Shown here piece by piece: positions 46,591 to 55,944 of a stretch of 64,000 bases of DNA. The position numbers and the translations under genes were made by a program. The DNA comes from Candidatus Saccharimonadota bacterium (lineage in GTDB: Bacteria; Patescibacteriota; Saccharimonadia; Saccharimonadales; UBA10212): contig JACDFN010000002.1 of the NCBI GenBank assembly GCA_013815775.1, positions 64,717 through 128,716 on the forward strand, read 5' to 3'. How positions within the stretch are numbered: the first letter of the stretch is position 1; each line of letters begins with the position of its first letter. The notes beneath the pieces were generated by a model. It ran no database searches. It was not told where the DNA came from and was given only the letters and a program-made list of their open reading frames with translations.

Positions 46591-47997
46591 GTGAATACCT
46601 CACCCGTTATGCACACTGGATCATTTCGTGATCCAGCTGGCTTTATATTTGAACACGACTCAAATCTATATCGACAGATCAACCTGGCGGGCAAACAGGA
46701 TTACGAGTTTTTTATGAGTAGCGGTCTCTACGAAGTTTTGAGTAGCTCCGGCCTATTAATACCCCACAAAGAAATTAAAGAACTCGCCGGGTTACCAAAC
46801 TCTGCATTACGGCACAAAATTATTAAGCCAAATAAAATTCCATTCATCTCCTACCCCTATGAATGGTCGTTCTCACAGCTGAAGGATGCCGCACTTTTGA
46901 CACTACGCATACAAAAGTTAGCCCTAGATCACGGTATGATCTTAAAAGACGCCAGCGCATTTAATGTGCAATTTATTGGCAGTAAGGCTATTTTTATTGA
47001 TACTTTGTCGTTTAGGATTTATGAGAATAATGTCCCGTGGGACGGGTATAAACAGTTTTGCCAACATTTTATAGCGCCACTTACTCTCGCGTCCTACACT
47101 TCGCCGATAGTAATAAGCACTCTCAAGGTTTTTCTTGATGGTATTCCGCTTAGCCTTGCGACTAAACTTTTGCCAACCGGAACCAAGCGACGGTGGGGGC
47201 TTCTAGCGCACCTTCATCTACACGCCGCTTCACAAAAACGGTACGATAAAGCAAATCTTAACCCAAAAACAAAGTCTAGAAAAGTCAGCCCAACCGCTCT
47301 ACGGGGACTAGTTAGAAGTTTAGAGAAAACGGTCGTTAAATTAAATCGGCCCCAGCACCTTACCGAATGGGGTGATTATTATGACAACACAAACTACTCT
47401 TCTACTGCTTTTACGGCTAAGAAAAGGCTTGTTAAAGAGTTTCTTGAGGATCTATCGCCGACCCCGAAGACGGTCTGGGATATGGGGGCCAACGACGGTA
47501 CCTTCAGCGAACTGGCTGCTAAACTTGGTGCTCAGACAGTGTCATTCGATGTTGATTATCAAGCCGTTGAGAGCAACTACGCTAAAAAAAGATCACCAGA
47601 TTTGGAGAAATTGATTCTGCCCCTTCTTCAAGATTTTTCCAACCCCAGCCCCGCTCTTGGTTGGGCGCATAAAGAAAGGTCGTCGCTAGAGCAGCGTGGC
47701 CCGGCTGATGTTGTTATGGCTCTAGCACTGGTGCACCACCTTGCAATAGGTAATAATTCACCTCTACCAGACATTGCTGCTTTTTTTCGTACGATATCAA
47801 AGCAGCTTATTATCGAATTTATACCCAAGGAGGACTCTAAAGTAGAAATCCTTTTGCGCGGCCGCAACAACATTTTTACTGACTATGACATAGAGCATTT
47901 TGAACAAGCCTTTGCAGAGCACTTTAAGCTTATCCGCAGGGAGACTGTTCTGGGCAGCCAGCGTGTTATATACTTATATAAAGCAAAAGCGTATTAA
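46591..47997 (+). CDS. class I SAM-dependent methyltransferase with large N-terminal domain
   Basis: 468 aa. N-terminal SFRDPAGFIFEHD...YPYEWSF. C-terminal Rossmann MTase motif I VWDMGANDG, plus post-I/II elements. Confidence 0.75.
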   Translation: MNTSPVMHTGSFRDPAGFIFEHDSNLYRQINLAGKQDYEFFMSSGLYEVLSSSGLLIPHKEIKELAGLPNSALRHKIIKPNKIPFISYPYEWSFSQLKDAALLTLRIQKLALDHGMILKDASAFNVQFIGSKAIFIDTLSFRIYENNVPWDGYKQFCQHFIAPLTLASYTSPIVISTLKVFLDGIPLSLATKLLPTGTKRRWGLLAHLHLHAASQKRYDKANLNPKTKSRKVSPTALRGLVRSLEKTVVKLNRPQHLTEWGDYYDNTNYSSTAFTAKKRLVKEFLEDLSPTPKTVWDMGANDGTFSELAAKLGAQTVSFDVDYQAVESNYAKKRSPDLEKLILPLLQDFSNPSPALGWAHKERSSLEQRGPADVVMALALVHHLAIGNNSPLPDIAAFFRTISKQLIIEFIPKEDSKVEILLRGRNNIFTDYDIEHFEQAFAEHFKLIRRETVLGSQRVIYLYKAKAY

Positions 47998-48000
47998 TAT

Positions 48001-49773
48001 ATGAAGAACCAGCCGGATAAGCCGGTAAAAAACAAAAATAAACAATTGACCCTAAAAAAAACTTTTCGCAGAATAGTTAAAAGGGCCTCTGATTCGAGTC
48101 TGCCGGAAATTCTTTTTATTTCTACTTTCATACTGGTTCGCTGGTGGAATAACTCGGACTTTAGCTACCCCTCAGAAATCATTTTTCCGGTAGTAATTTT
48201 TTCTATTCTTGCAACCGCGATTTTTTATATTTATAGGAGAGTTTTGGGTGTTGGACTAGGCGCTCATATAGCAGCGCTTGGTTTAATTTATCTTTTGTAT
48301 GTTTTTAAATTTATAGAAGGTACAAGGTTAGGAAAATTAGTGTATTCCTCAATTCCAGACAGCCTCTCAACAGTCTTTAGTCGAAGTCTTTTTTTGTCGA
48401 TCGTCCTGGGGTTGCTCTGCGGTCTGGTTGGTTGGTATTTCGGTAGAGTCAACAATCGTTCGGCTATACTTAAACAACTGCAATTGTACAAAGTGCTTCT
48501 TTTTTCTATAGTCTTTATTTTCTTAGTCCAAGCCGTTAGGACTGGTGGTAGATTAATTGAGCTAAGACACCAATTAGACTATAAATATCCAGCAACAACC
48601 GATCAGGCTCTTCCGAAAATAAACACCTCCACCAACCCCGACATTTATTATTTGGTGTTTGATCGCTATGCGGGAGCCACCACTTTAAAAAATAACTTTA
48701 ACTATGATAACTCAGAGTTTATGGCCTTCTTGCAGAGCCAAGGCTTTGTAAACCGTGAGGATGCCTTATCCAACTATCCATTTACCATGTCATCGGTTGC
48801 TTCAACCATGGCAATGAATTACTTTCCAGAGTTTGAAAAAATGTTTGGTGGCAATGAACGTTGGCAGTCAGGTTTTCCGTATCGCAGCGTTTTGAACGAT
48901 CCTCCTATAGCTCAAACTTTACGGAGCCACGGCTACAGCTATGAACAAGTCAGTTCATGGTGGGATTTCACCCGCGTAAACATAAAAGCAGACGATAATC
49001 CCACTCAATCGTTTCGATTCAGAATACTAAACAAAGATTTTTATTTGAGCGATCTTCAGCGAGACATTATTTATAAAAGTGTATTATCGCCCTGGTCGAA
49101 GAAAGGCATAACTCTTGGGAATACCGCAGTTATTAAATACGACCTGGACCGACACCCAAGGGAAAACTTCGAGAATCAACTGCAAGCTCTAAAATCTATA
49201 TCTAATCGTTCTAATAAAGCAAAACCGACATTCACCTTTGCCCACGTACTGGCTCCTCACCCCCCTTACGTGTTCGACGCTTTAGGCAATCAACCAAAAT
49301 ATGACAGCGAAAGCAACGACAACGGGGCCGATGAAAGCTTAAAATATACCAACGAGCTAACTTACGTTAACAAGCGATTGAAAGAACTTGTGAATCATAT
49401 AAAGTTATCCTCGCCCAGCTCAGTAATCATTTTGCAAGCTGATGAAGGGCCGTATCCAAAGCAGTTTAGGGGAGCACTTTCAGCGGATAGCTACTATGAT
49501 CCCTCTAAGCTGCCACAGCCGCAGTTACAGCAAAAATTCAGCATACTAGCTAGCTATTCGTTGCCGGGCGTGGCTATCTCAGAGGTAAATAAAATTGACT
49601 CTTCAGTTAACGTTTTTCGCGTTATATTAAACAACTACTTCGGCTACAAACTACCTTTACTGCCGGCCTGTAATCTTTCAATGGGAAATAAGTTCAATGT
49701 TTATAATTATTCACTAATTAATGATAGATTAACCGGAAAAATTGCTCCTGACTCTTGTGCAGAGTATGACTAA
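48001..49773 (+). CDS. polytopic membrane protein with alkaline-phosphatase-superfamily (sulfatase / LTA-synthase-like) domain
   Basis: 590 aa. About 5 N-terminal TMs. PDIYYLVFDRYAG (metal-binding Asp), PFTMSSVAS (candidate nucleophile), HVLAPHPPYVF, IILQADEGP. Confidence 0.65.
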   Translation: MKNQPDKPVKNKNKQLTLKKTFRRIVKRASDSSLPEILFISTFILVRWWNNSDFSYPSEIIFPVVIFSILATAIFYIYRRVLGVGLGAHIAALGLIYLLYVFKFIEGTRLGKLVYSSIPDSLSTVFSRSLFLSIVLGLLCGLVGWYFGRVNNRSAILKQLQLYKVLLFSIVFIFLVQAVRTGGRLIELRHQLDYKYPATTDQALPKINTSTNPDIYYLVFDRYAGATTLKNNFNYDNSEFMAFLQSQGFVNREDALSNYPFTMSSVASTMAMNYFPEFEKMFGGNERWQSGFPYRSVLNDPPIAQTLRSHGYSYEQVSSWWDFTRVNIKADDNPTQSFRFRILNKDFYLSDLQRDIIYKSVLSPWSKKGITLGNTAVIKYDLDRHPRENFENQLQALKSISNRSNKAKPTFTFAHVLAPHPPYVFDALGNQPKYDSESNDNGADESLKYTNELTYVNKRLKELVNHIKLSSPSSVIILQADEGPYPKQFRGALSADSYYDPSKLPQPQLQQKFSILASYSLPGVAISEVNKIDSSVNVFRVILNNYFGYKLPLLPACNLSMGNKFNVYNYSLINDRLTGKIAPDSCAEYD

Positions 49774-49787
49774 AGGCTTGAATTATT

Positions 49788-50603
49788 GTGAAGACCCTTA
49801 CCTCTAAGTGGAATAAGCGACCCCTAATGAAACGTAAAAAAACAATGTTAGTTTTTACAGCAGTCGTTATTGTAGTAAGTCTAATTGCCTGGCAGCCAAA
49901 AAATAAAAATGACAGCTATACCGATTCAAAAACGGATAATATTAACCAGCCAAAAACTAATTCTTTCGATAAAAAACAACATTCGACCGAAGAACCAGAC
50001 AGCTTGTGGGTAATCGTAAACAAGGGTCGTAAGTTATCAAGGGGTTATATACCAAGCGAACTTTTAACGCCTACGGTTCCTTTGAGATTTTCTGCTAGTT
50101 CTGCGGAAATGAAGCTCAAAATGGAGGCCGCCAATGCCCTTGAACGACTTTTCGCATCCGCCGAAGAGCAAAATCTGCAACTGCTACTAGTGAGTGGATA
50201 TCGATCTTACTCATCTCAAGAAGCAATATACAGCCGTAATGTTAAACGAGATGGGCAGGCTAAAACCGATGCCACTAGCGCACGTGCCGGACACAGCGAA
50301 CATCAAACTGGGTTAGCAGTAGATGTCGGTTCTAAAAGTCGAAAGTGCGAGCTTGATAAGTGCTTTGGTTCAACTACTGAGGGGTTATGGGTTGAGGCAA
50401 ACGCCTATAAGTTTGGGTTTATTGTCAGGTATCAAAATGGTAAGCAGAATTTGACCGGATACGACTATGAGCCGTGGCATTTACGCTACGTTGGAACGGA
50501 ATTAGCGTCAGAAATTTATCGGTCAAACCAAACACTTGAACTATTTTTCGGACTTCCAACTTACAGCATTTATTCAACTAACTCGATACAGCTTCGACTT
50601 TAG
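49788..50603 (+). CDS. D-alanyl-D-alanine carboxypeptidase (VanY / peptidase M15B)
   Basis: 271 aa. TM anchor. SGYRSYSSQ, HSEHQTGLAVD, EPWHLRYVG. Confidence 0.85.
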   Translation: MKTLTSKWNKRPLMKRKKTMLVFTAVVIVVSLIAWQPKNKNDSYTDSKTDNINQPKTNSFDKKQHSTEEPDSLWVIVNKGRKLSRGYIPSELLTPTVPLRFSASSAEMKLKMEAANALERLFASAEEQNLQLLLVSGYRSYSSQEAIYSRNVKRDGQAKTDATSARAGHSEHQTGLAVDVGSKSRKCELDKCFGSTTEGLWVEANAYKFGFIVRYQNGKQNLTGYDYEPWHLRYVGTELASEIYRSNQTLELFFGLPTYSIYSTNSIQLRL

Positions 50604-50619
50604 AGCATACTAGCAACTA

Positions 50620-51519
50620 TTAAAGTTCTGGATTTGAGCTATGACCGCCAAACTTATTGCGCATTGCGGCAAGTAGTTTAGTGCTAAAGTTAACATCTCC
50701 GATCTGACTTTTAAGGCGCACGTCGAAAGCCGCTTCAATAGCTGGCAGCGGAATGCCGAGTTCTTTTGCCGTTTCAATAGTCCATCTGGCTTCGCCAGAT
50801 TCTGCTACGCGACCCTCTATACCTTCAAGGTTAGGGTTCTCCGTTAAGGCTTCTACTGTTAACTGGTTTAGAAGTGATTGGATAATGCTACCGTTTTGCC
50901 AAACTCGGCCTGCTGTAGGCAAGTTTAATTTTTTAAAAGGACCTTCTTCTAACATTCGATATCCTTCAGCATAAGATTCCATCATGCCGTATTCGATGGC
51001 GTTGTGAACCATTTTTACGTAGTGGCCACTGCCACTTTCCCCAAAATAATCCCAGCCCTGAGGCGCAGCCAAGCTGTTCAGAACAGGCTTTATTTGCTTA
51101 ACAGCTTTATGATCACCTCCCACCATCATAGAGAAACCATTTTCAAGACCTAGTATTCCCCCGCTGGTTCCTACATCGATTAAAAAATTACCGCTGCTGT
51201 GCACAAATTTTGACAACACCTGGGTATTTCTGAAGTCGGAATTTCCGCCATCAATAAAAATACTACCTTTAGGGGCTAATGGTAGAATCTTTTTAAGATG
51301 TTCGGCAACTATGATGTCGGGGAGCATAAGCCAAACAATAACTGGATCTAGGGCATTTACTAGTTCCTGGGGATTGCTAGCTAACCTAGCGCCTTCTAAC
51401 ACTGCTTTTTGAGCTGGACCGGGACTGCGATTCATAACTATAACTTCGTGGTCGTCTCTTAGAAGCCTTACCACCATTTGGCTGCCCATCTTACCTAGAC
51501 CACTAAATCCTATCTTCAT
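50620..51519 (-). CDS. gnd: 6-phosphogluconate dehydrogenase, short (~300 aa) decarboxylating type
   Basis: 299 aa. NAD(P)-binding IGFSGLGKMGSQM, GGNS, HYVKMVHNAIEYG. Confidence 0.85.
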   Translation of the reverse strand: MKIGFSGLGKMGSQMVVRLLRDDHEVIVMNRSPGPAQKAVLEGARLASNPQELVNALDPVIVWLMLPDIIVAEHLKKILPLAPKGSIFIDGGNSDFRNTQVLSKFVHSSGNFLIDVGTSGGILGLENGFSMMVGGDHKAVKQIKPVLNSLAAPQGWDYFGESGSGHYVKMVHNAIEYGMMESYAEGYRMLEEGPFKKLNLPTAGRVWQNGSIIQSLLNQLTVEALTENPNLEGIEGRVAESGEARWTIETAKELGIPLPAIEAAFDVRLKSQIGDVNFSTKLLAAMRNKFGGHSSNPEL

Positions 51520-52222
51520 AAATATCTCCCCTTTGATCGTTAAAAACAGTAAGGACGGCTGCTTTTTTTAAAATTTGAGCTGGTTGAACTTGCTCGTCAA
51601 CATCTTCTGCCAGCTTACTGAGCATTATACTTTTTTCTTTGCCTACTGCATAAAGTATTGCTTCATCTAAGTTCTCAATGGCTTTCGTGGTACAGGTTAT
51701 TCGATGGAACTCTCCCGCTCGGTAGTGAACCCCGTATAGACTGCTACTAATGGCAGGACTGTTGGGTAGTATTCCGGCGGTATGCCCGTCCACTCCCATC
51801 CCAAAAACACCTATTTTAAAGTCACAGGTAGCAAGCTGGGAATGAAGCTGGCCTGCGAAGTCAATCGTTGTTTGAGCAATATTTTTTCCCACTAGAATAG
51901 GTTCTAATTGAGCGCCTGGCACCCAGAAGCCGGCCTGCATAAGCTTATGCCAGTTTGAGTTTTGGTGCCCTGGTTTACCGTACCTCTCATCTACTAACAT
52001 TACGGTTAATTTGTATATCTCGTTGGATTTATTAAGCCTCCTGGCAACCTCTGCCTCTACTTTTATTGCCGAGCCGCCCGATATTAACCATAAAACCTTA
52101 TTATTGTTTTCGAGCCTTAACTTTATGAGTCGGTGTATGTAATCTATTACTTCGAAGTCTGAATTTATTCTTATTAATCGCATGGTTCTTCTTGTGTCTT
52201 TATAGAGCGTCTGTAGCGCCAA
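51503..52222 (-). CDS. pgl: 6-phosphogluconolactonase
   Basis: 239 aa. WLISGGS, VDERY, GMGVDGHTAGILP. Overlaps gnd by 17 nt. Met at 52183 is a possible true start. Confidence 0.75.
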   Translation of the reverse strand: MALQTLYKDTRRTMRLIRINSDFEVIDYIHRLIKLRLENNNKVLWLISGGSAIKVEAEVARRLNKSNEIYKLTVMLVDERYGKPGHQNSNWHKLMQAGFWVPGAQLEPILVGKNIAQTTIDFAGQLHSQLATCDFKIGVFGMGVDGHTAGILPNSPAISSSLYGVHYRAGEFHRITCTTKAIENLDEAILYAVGKEKSIMLSKLAEDVDEQVQPAQILKKAAVLTVFNDQRGDIYEDRI

Positions 52223-52397
52223 TCTTTCTATAGTAATACTATCGTAACACCTCTAAATAAAGTAGATGCATCAGTCACTGAGAAAAATTTCACAATCATA
52301 AAGTAAAAAAATTACTAATTAATTGAGGCATATATTACAGATACCTCTTCGTATCCGTAATATGATGCTTATGCAATAACGAAGGGGGATGTGATAG

Positions 52398-52580
52398 ATG
52401 AAAAGGGATTACGATTTAAAAAACATAGATGTGAAAAAGTATTATTTAATCCGTAAACCAACTCGAATGACCGATCTTGACTATGATGACATGTATACAG
52501 ACGACTATGACAGCTGGAGGGAAAAGTCTAGACGACTGCAAGCCCGCAGATGGCGTCGTATCAAGCACCAATTAGCCTAA
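52398..52580 (+). CDS. doubtful 60-aa ORF (possibly an artefact overlapping a structured RNA)
   Basis: It has an SD-like GAAGGGGGATG upstream. However, its 3' third (WREKSRRLQARRWRRIKHQLA) is encoded by the segment carrying the RNase P CR-I-like motif. Confidence 0.25.
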   Translation: MKRDYDLKNIDVKKYYLIRKPTRMTDLDYDDMYTDDYDSWREKSRRLQARRWRRIKHQLA

Positions 52581-52800
52581 CCTAAATTGCGAAGGGGAGC
52601 TTAAATGGTAAAGAGCATAACACGTGAAACAGAGCGTTCGCCGCCGCGAAAGCGGTAAGCAGACACAACCAGAGTAAGCTTTAATTTTGTCCAATAACCG
52701 CCCGACACTGAAAGCTTGGGGGTAAGAAGCAATCAGGAACGGGACGGGTTGAAACAGCAGAAACGATTCTAAAGTCTGACACTGTGACTTAAAATTTTTG
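52495..52800 (+). ncRNA. rnpB: candidate RNase P RNA (rnpB-like); ends approximate
   Basis: Ordered motif matches to bacterial RNase P RNA: GGAGGGAAAAGTC (52516-52528; compare GAGGAAAGUCC), GAAACAGAGCG (52626-52636), GNRA hairpin CCGC-GAAA-GCGG followed by GGTAAGC (52644-52660), TGAAAGCTTGGGGGTAAGAAGC (52709-52730; compare GUGAAAGGGUGCGGUAAGAGC), GGAACGGGACGGGTTGAAACAGCAGAAAC (compare GGAACGCGGUAAAC...GAGAAAC), ACACTGTGACTTA (52779-52791; compare ACAGAAnnnGGCUUA, where GACUU can pair with AAGUC of the first motif). P1-P3 and the P15-P18 region could not be traced. Confidence 0.45.
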
Positions 52801-52857
52801 TCCAGTCCAAATGAAAGTTCAGACAATTATGGATCGTTTTTGCGTTTTCAGAGGGAA

Positions 52858-53418
52858 CTAAGAACGCTCGGCAGAATTATTTCGTAAAAATTTCTTCCGT
52901 GAATCGCGGTAGGCAAGCTTACCCCGTAAATCATTCATAAATACAAAATTTTTATCATTATACTCATCAAGCCGTTTAAAGAGGGATGAATAAGTGCTGC
53001 GGTTGGGGATAATAACTCGCTTGAGTTTATTGCCGCCAGCCAAGTGTCTAATAAGTCCTGCAAAATCCCCATCCCCACTAACAATAACAGCTTGGTCATA
53101 GCGGTCTATCTCTACCATGGTTTGAAGGACCATGTCAGCGTCAACATTACCTTTTATAACGCTCTCCTGGTGCCTTATGAGGGGTTTAAAGTGTAAAATA
53201 AAGCCAGCTTCCTGCAAGGCGTTATATAGCGGTTGCTGTTCTTCCATAAAACCAATGAAGAGATATGCTCTTTTTACGTCCAGCTCATCTCGTAAATAGT
53301 CACGGAATTTCTTATGATCTAACTTCCAGCCAAGGGATTCCACGCCGGCATGCAGGTTCTGTCCATCAATAAAGGCGTAATTATTAGCCGAGTTTTTATT
53401 TTTTTCCTCTTCCTTCAT
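52858..53418 (-). CDS. NYN-domain (LabA-like, PIN-fold) predicted RNase
   Basis: 186 aa. YAFIDGQNLH, VDADMVL, VIVSGDGDFAGLIRHL. Confidence 0.85.
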   Translation of the reverse strand: MKEEEKNKNSANNYAFIDGQNLHAGVESLGWKLDHKKFRDYLRDELDVKRAYLFIGFMEEQQPLYNALQEAGFILHFKPLIRHQESVIKGNVDADMVLQTMVEIDRYDQAVIVSGDGDFAGLIRHLAGGNKLKRVIIPNRSTYSSLFKRLDEYNDKNFVFMNDLRGKLAYRDSRKKFLRNNSAERS

Positions 53419-53505
53419 GCTTTAATCATAGCAAAGTAAGGTGAAAATACGACCTTTTACTTTTTTTCTGATGACTAATGAAAAGCTAGACTATATAATA
53501 AATTA

Positions 53506-54189
53506 ATGCCCACTGCACCTAAATCAGTCGAAACATTACTGGAAGAGCGATTTTCTCAGCATAGACTGCTAACTATAAAAAAGGGCAGACCCCTTCTCTA
53601 TCAAGGCGAAATACCGCAAATGGTTTTCTTAATTAAGAGCGGTGTAGTCAAAATGTACAATATCACCAACACCGGTGAGGAAAGAATCGTCGGTTATGAG
53701 TTTAACGGGGGATTGTTGCCAGTTGAGTGGCTATTTGGTCGCTCCCCCGTATCGCTTTATTACAGTGATACGTACACAGACTGCCAACTCTATCGTATTA
53801 CCAGGAGCGAACTTTTAAAATATATAGATTCCGATCTTGAGATGTCCTCTGCTTTACTGCAAAGATCTATATCCATGTACATCGGGGCTACCATCCACCT
53901 CCACGCATTAGAGCAATCTAAGGCGGCTAACAAATTAATTTACATCCTGCAATACTTAGTTATGCGCTTCGGGAAGCCCGTGGACTCTACTCATTCTAAA
54001 ATCGATCTTCGACTTACCCATCAGGACATTGCGAATTTGATAGGTATTACGAGGGAGACCGCAAGTACAGAGATGGGCAAACTTGCTAAAGCGGGCGTAT
54101 TAAAAATAAAAGATTACCACTACGTAGTGAACAATCAAAAAGCTTTGAGAATGCTCGGCGAGAGCGACTTCGAAAGTTTAACTCTTTAG
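53506..54189 (+). CDS. Crp/Fnr-family transcriptional regulator
   Basis: 227 aa. cNMP-binding-like beta-roll (LYQGEIPQMVFLIKSGVVKMY) plus a C-terminal HTH (HQDIANLIGITRETASTEMGKL). TATAAT (53494-53499) sits 6 nt upstream of the ATG. Confidence 0.85.
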   Translation: MPTAPKSVETLLEERFSQHRLLTIKKGRPLLYQGEIPQMVFLIKSGVVKMYNITNTGEERIVGYEFNGGLLPVEWLFGRSPVSLYYSDTYTDCQLYRITRSELLKYIDSDLEMSSALLQRSISMYIGATIHLHALEQSKAANKLIYILQYLVMRFGKPVDSTHSKIDLRLTHQDIANLIGITRETASTEMGKLAKAGVLKIKDYHYVVNNQKALRMLGESDFESLTL

Positions 54190-54191
54190 GA

Positions 54192-54569
54192 TTATTTATC
54201 GCTAGAAGCTAAGGTTTCTCGGACTACTTTAACTAGTTCCTTGGGGGACGACCAGGCCTTTAGTATATATCTGCTAGCACCGTGCTCAAAAGCCGCATCT
54301 ATTTCTTTCTGGTCGTCGTAATTGCTAAAAATAATAATTTTCGTTTTAGGAAAGTTTTTAGAAGGGTTAGCCTTTTGAAGAAATTCAACCCCGCTCATTT
54401 TGGGCATTCTAAGGTCTAACAATACTAAATCGGGCTTTTGCTCCGCAAACATCTCAAGTGCCTTAGCTCCATCAAAAGCAACGCAAACTTTATGTCCTTC
54501 TTTTTTTAAGATAAGTTCATAAGCTTCATTTAATACCTTTTCATCTTCAACAATTAAAATCTTTGCCAT
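54192..54569 (-). CDS. single-domain (CheY-like) response regulator
   Basis: 125 aa. ILIVEDE, DLVLLDLRMP, IIIFSN...K. Confidence 0.9.
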   Translation of the reverse strand: MAKILIVEDEKVLNEAYELILKKEGHKVCVAFDGAKALEMFAEQKPDLVLLDLRMPKMSGVEFLQKANPSKNFPKTKIIIFSNYDDQKEIDAAFEHGASRYILKAWSSPKELVKVVRETLASSDK

Positions 54570-54637
54570 CTATAACTCCATGCTTACTTCACTTGACGAC
54601 ATAGTATAACGCATAAGAAAAAAAATGTATGTAAAAA

Positions 54638-55852
54638 TCATGCCCGTTTGGAAGCCTTATTTTTTTTAGGAATACTTATTGTGAAGCTACTGCCCTTGCC
54701 AACTTTAGATTCAACCGTTATGTCCCCCTTGTGCAGTTGCACGACCTTTCGAGCCCAGTATAGACCTAAACCAGTTCCACCCGCTTCGACAGATAATGGA
54801 TTGGGTATTCGAGAAAATTTTTGAAATAATTTGGAAAAATCGGAGCTGTCTATCCCTACTCCCTCATCTGTGATTTTAATATTCACCACAGATTCCACAT
54901 CTTCTAAAGTAACAGCTATTTTCCTCCCTTCATAGCTGTATTGAGAGGCGTTCTCTAAGGTGTTTTCTATAGCAGTTCGCAAATGTTCCACATCAACAAA
55001 TGCTTTCACAATGCTGGGGGGTTTTTTAATGAAGATTTTCTGTTGCTTACTGCGAAAGTTATTTTGCAGGGCATCCACTGCCTCGTCGACCACCTTGGAG
55101 ATATTTACAATTTTTGGCCGGAGTTGTACTTTATCAAGATCTAGTTGGGTAATTTTTAATATTTCGTCAACGATGTGCAGCTGTCTTTCGTTATTTTCGT
55201 AGGCAAGGTCCAAGAAAACTTTTTGGCCCTCCGTTACTTTGTCGGTGTAACCCTCAAGTAACAATCCCAGATATTGCTTAACAGCTGTTGCTGGAGTGCG
55301 AAGTTGATGTGATGTAATTGCTACAAACTCATCTTTAGAGGTGTTTAAGGCCACAAGCTCCGTGGTTAGTTTTAACAGGTCTTCCTCTGTCTTTTTACGC
55401 TTGGTAATATCCATTGAAACGTTAACAATTTGCTCCACTTTTCCTTTCGAAGTGCGGCTGTATACCATACCGTCGGTGTGTAGCCATACCCAGGATCCAT
55501 TTTTGTGAAGCATACGATACTCGAAGCTAACAATAGGATCGCTGTCGTTGGTTGTCTGGCCGACAGAATTAGCTCGTTTTAAAGCTTCATCATTTTTCTT
55601 TATAATTTTCGGCAGATCAATGGGGTGAACTAGCGATGCCACAAACTCGATGCCCTTTTCCATAAAATCATTAGGACTATAGCCTAGAATTTTCTTAATT
55701 GATTGATTTACATATATATATTCACCAGTGCGGATGTTATATAAAGCAACCATCCCGGGTACTAGTTCGGTTAAATTATGCATCAACGGTAAGCTGATTT
55801 TCGAATAATTTTTCACTACCTTCGCCCTTTTGGTCACCTTCTTATAATACAT
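54638..55852 (-). CDS. cytoplasmic PAS-domain histidine kinase
   Basis: 404 aa with no TM. PAS (VALYNIRTGEYIYVNQSIKKILGY ... WVWLHTDG), H-box FVAITSHQLRTPA, HATPase_c (LENASQYS, DEGVGI, GGTGLGL). Confidence 0.85.
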   Translation of the reverse strand: MYYKKVTKRAKVVKNYSKISLPLMHNLTELVPGMVALYNIRTGEYIYVNQSIKKILGYSPNDFMEKGIEFVASLVHPIDLPKIIKKNDEALKRANSVGQTTNDSDPIVSFEYRMLHKNGSWVWLHTDGMVYSRTSKGKVEQIVNVSMDITKRKKTEEDLLKLTTELVALNTSKDEFVAITSHQLRTPATAVKQYLGLLLEGYTDKVTEGQKVFLDLAYENNERQLHIVDEILKITQLDLDKVQLRPKIVNISKVVDEAVDALQNNFRSKQQKIFIKKPPSIVKAFVDVEHLRTAIENTLENASQYSYEGRKIAVTLEDVESVVNIKITDEGVGIDSSDFSKLFQKFSRIPNPLSVEAGGTGLGLYWARKVVQLHKGDITVESKVGKGSSFTISIPKKNKASKRA

Positions 55853-55944
55853 AAATCAAATAATATACCATTGTACATTTACTTTTTTCCTAAACGCCTA
55901 TCTGTAATATTTACAAATTAGCCTAAAGATGTCAAAATAATTCT

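Noticed and set aside
52572-52826. 84-aa minus-strand ORF
   Set aside because: It lies antisense to the purine-rich strand that carries the ordered RNase P-like motifs. It has no SD and an odd Cys/Leu/Phe-rich composition.
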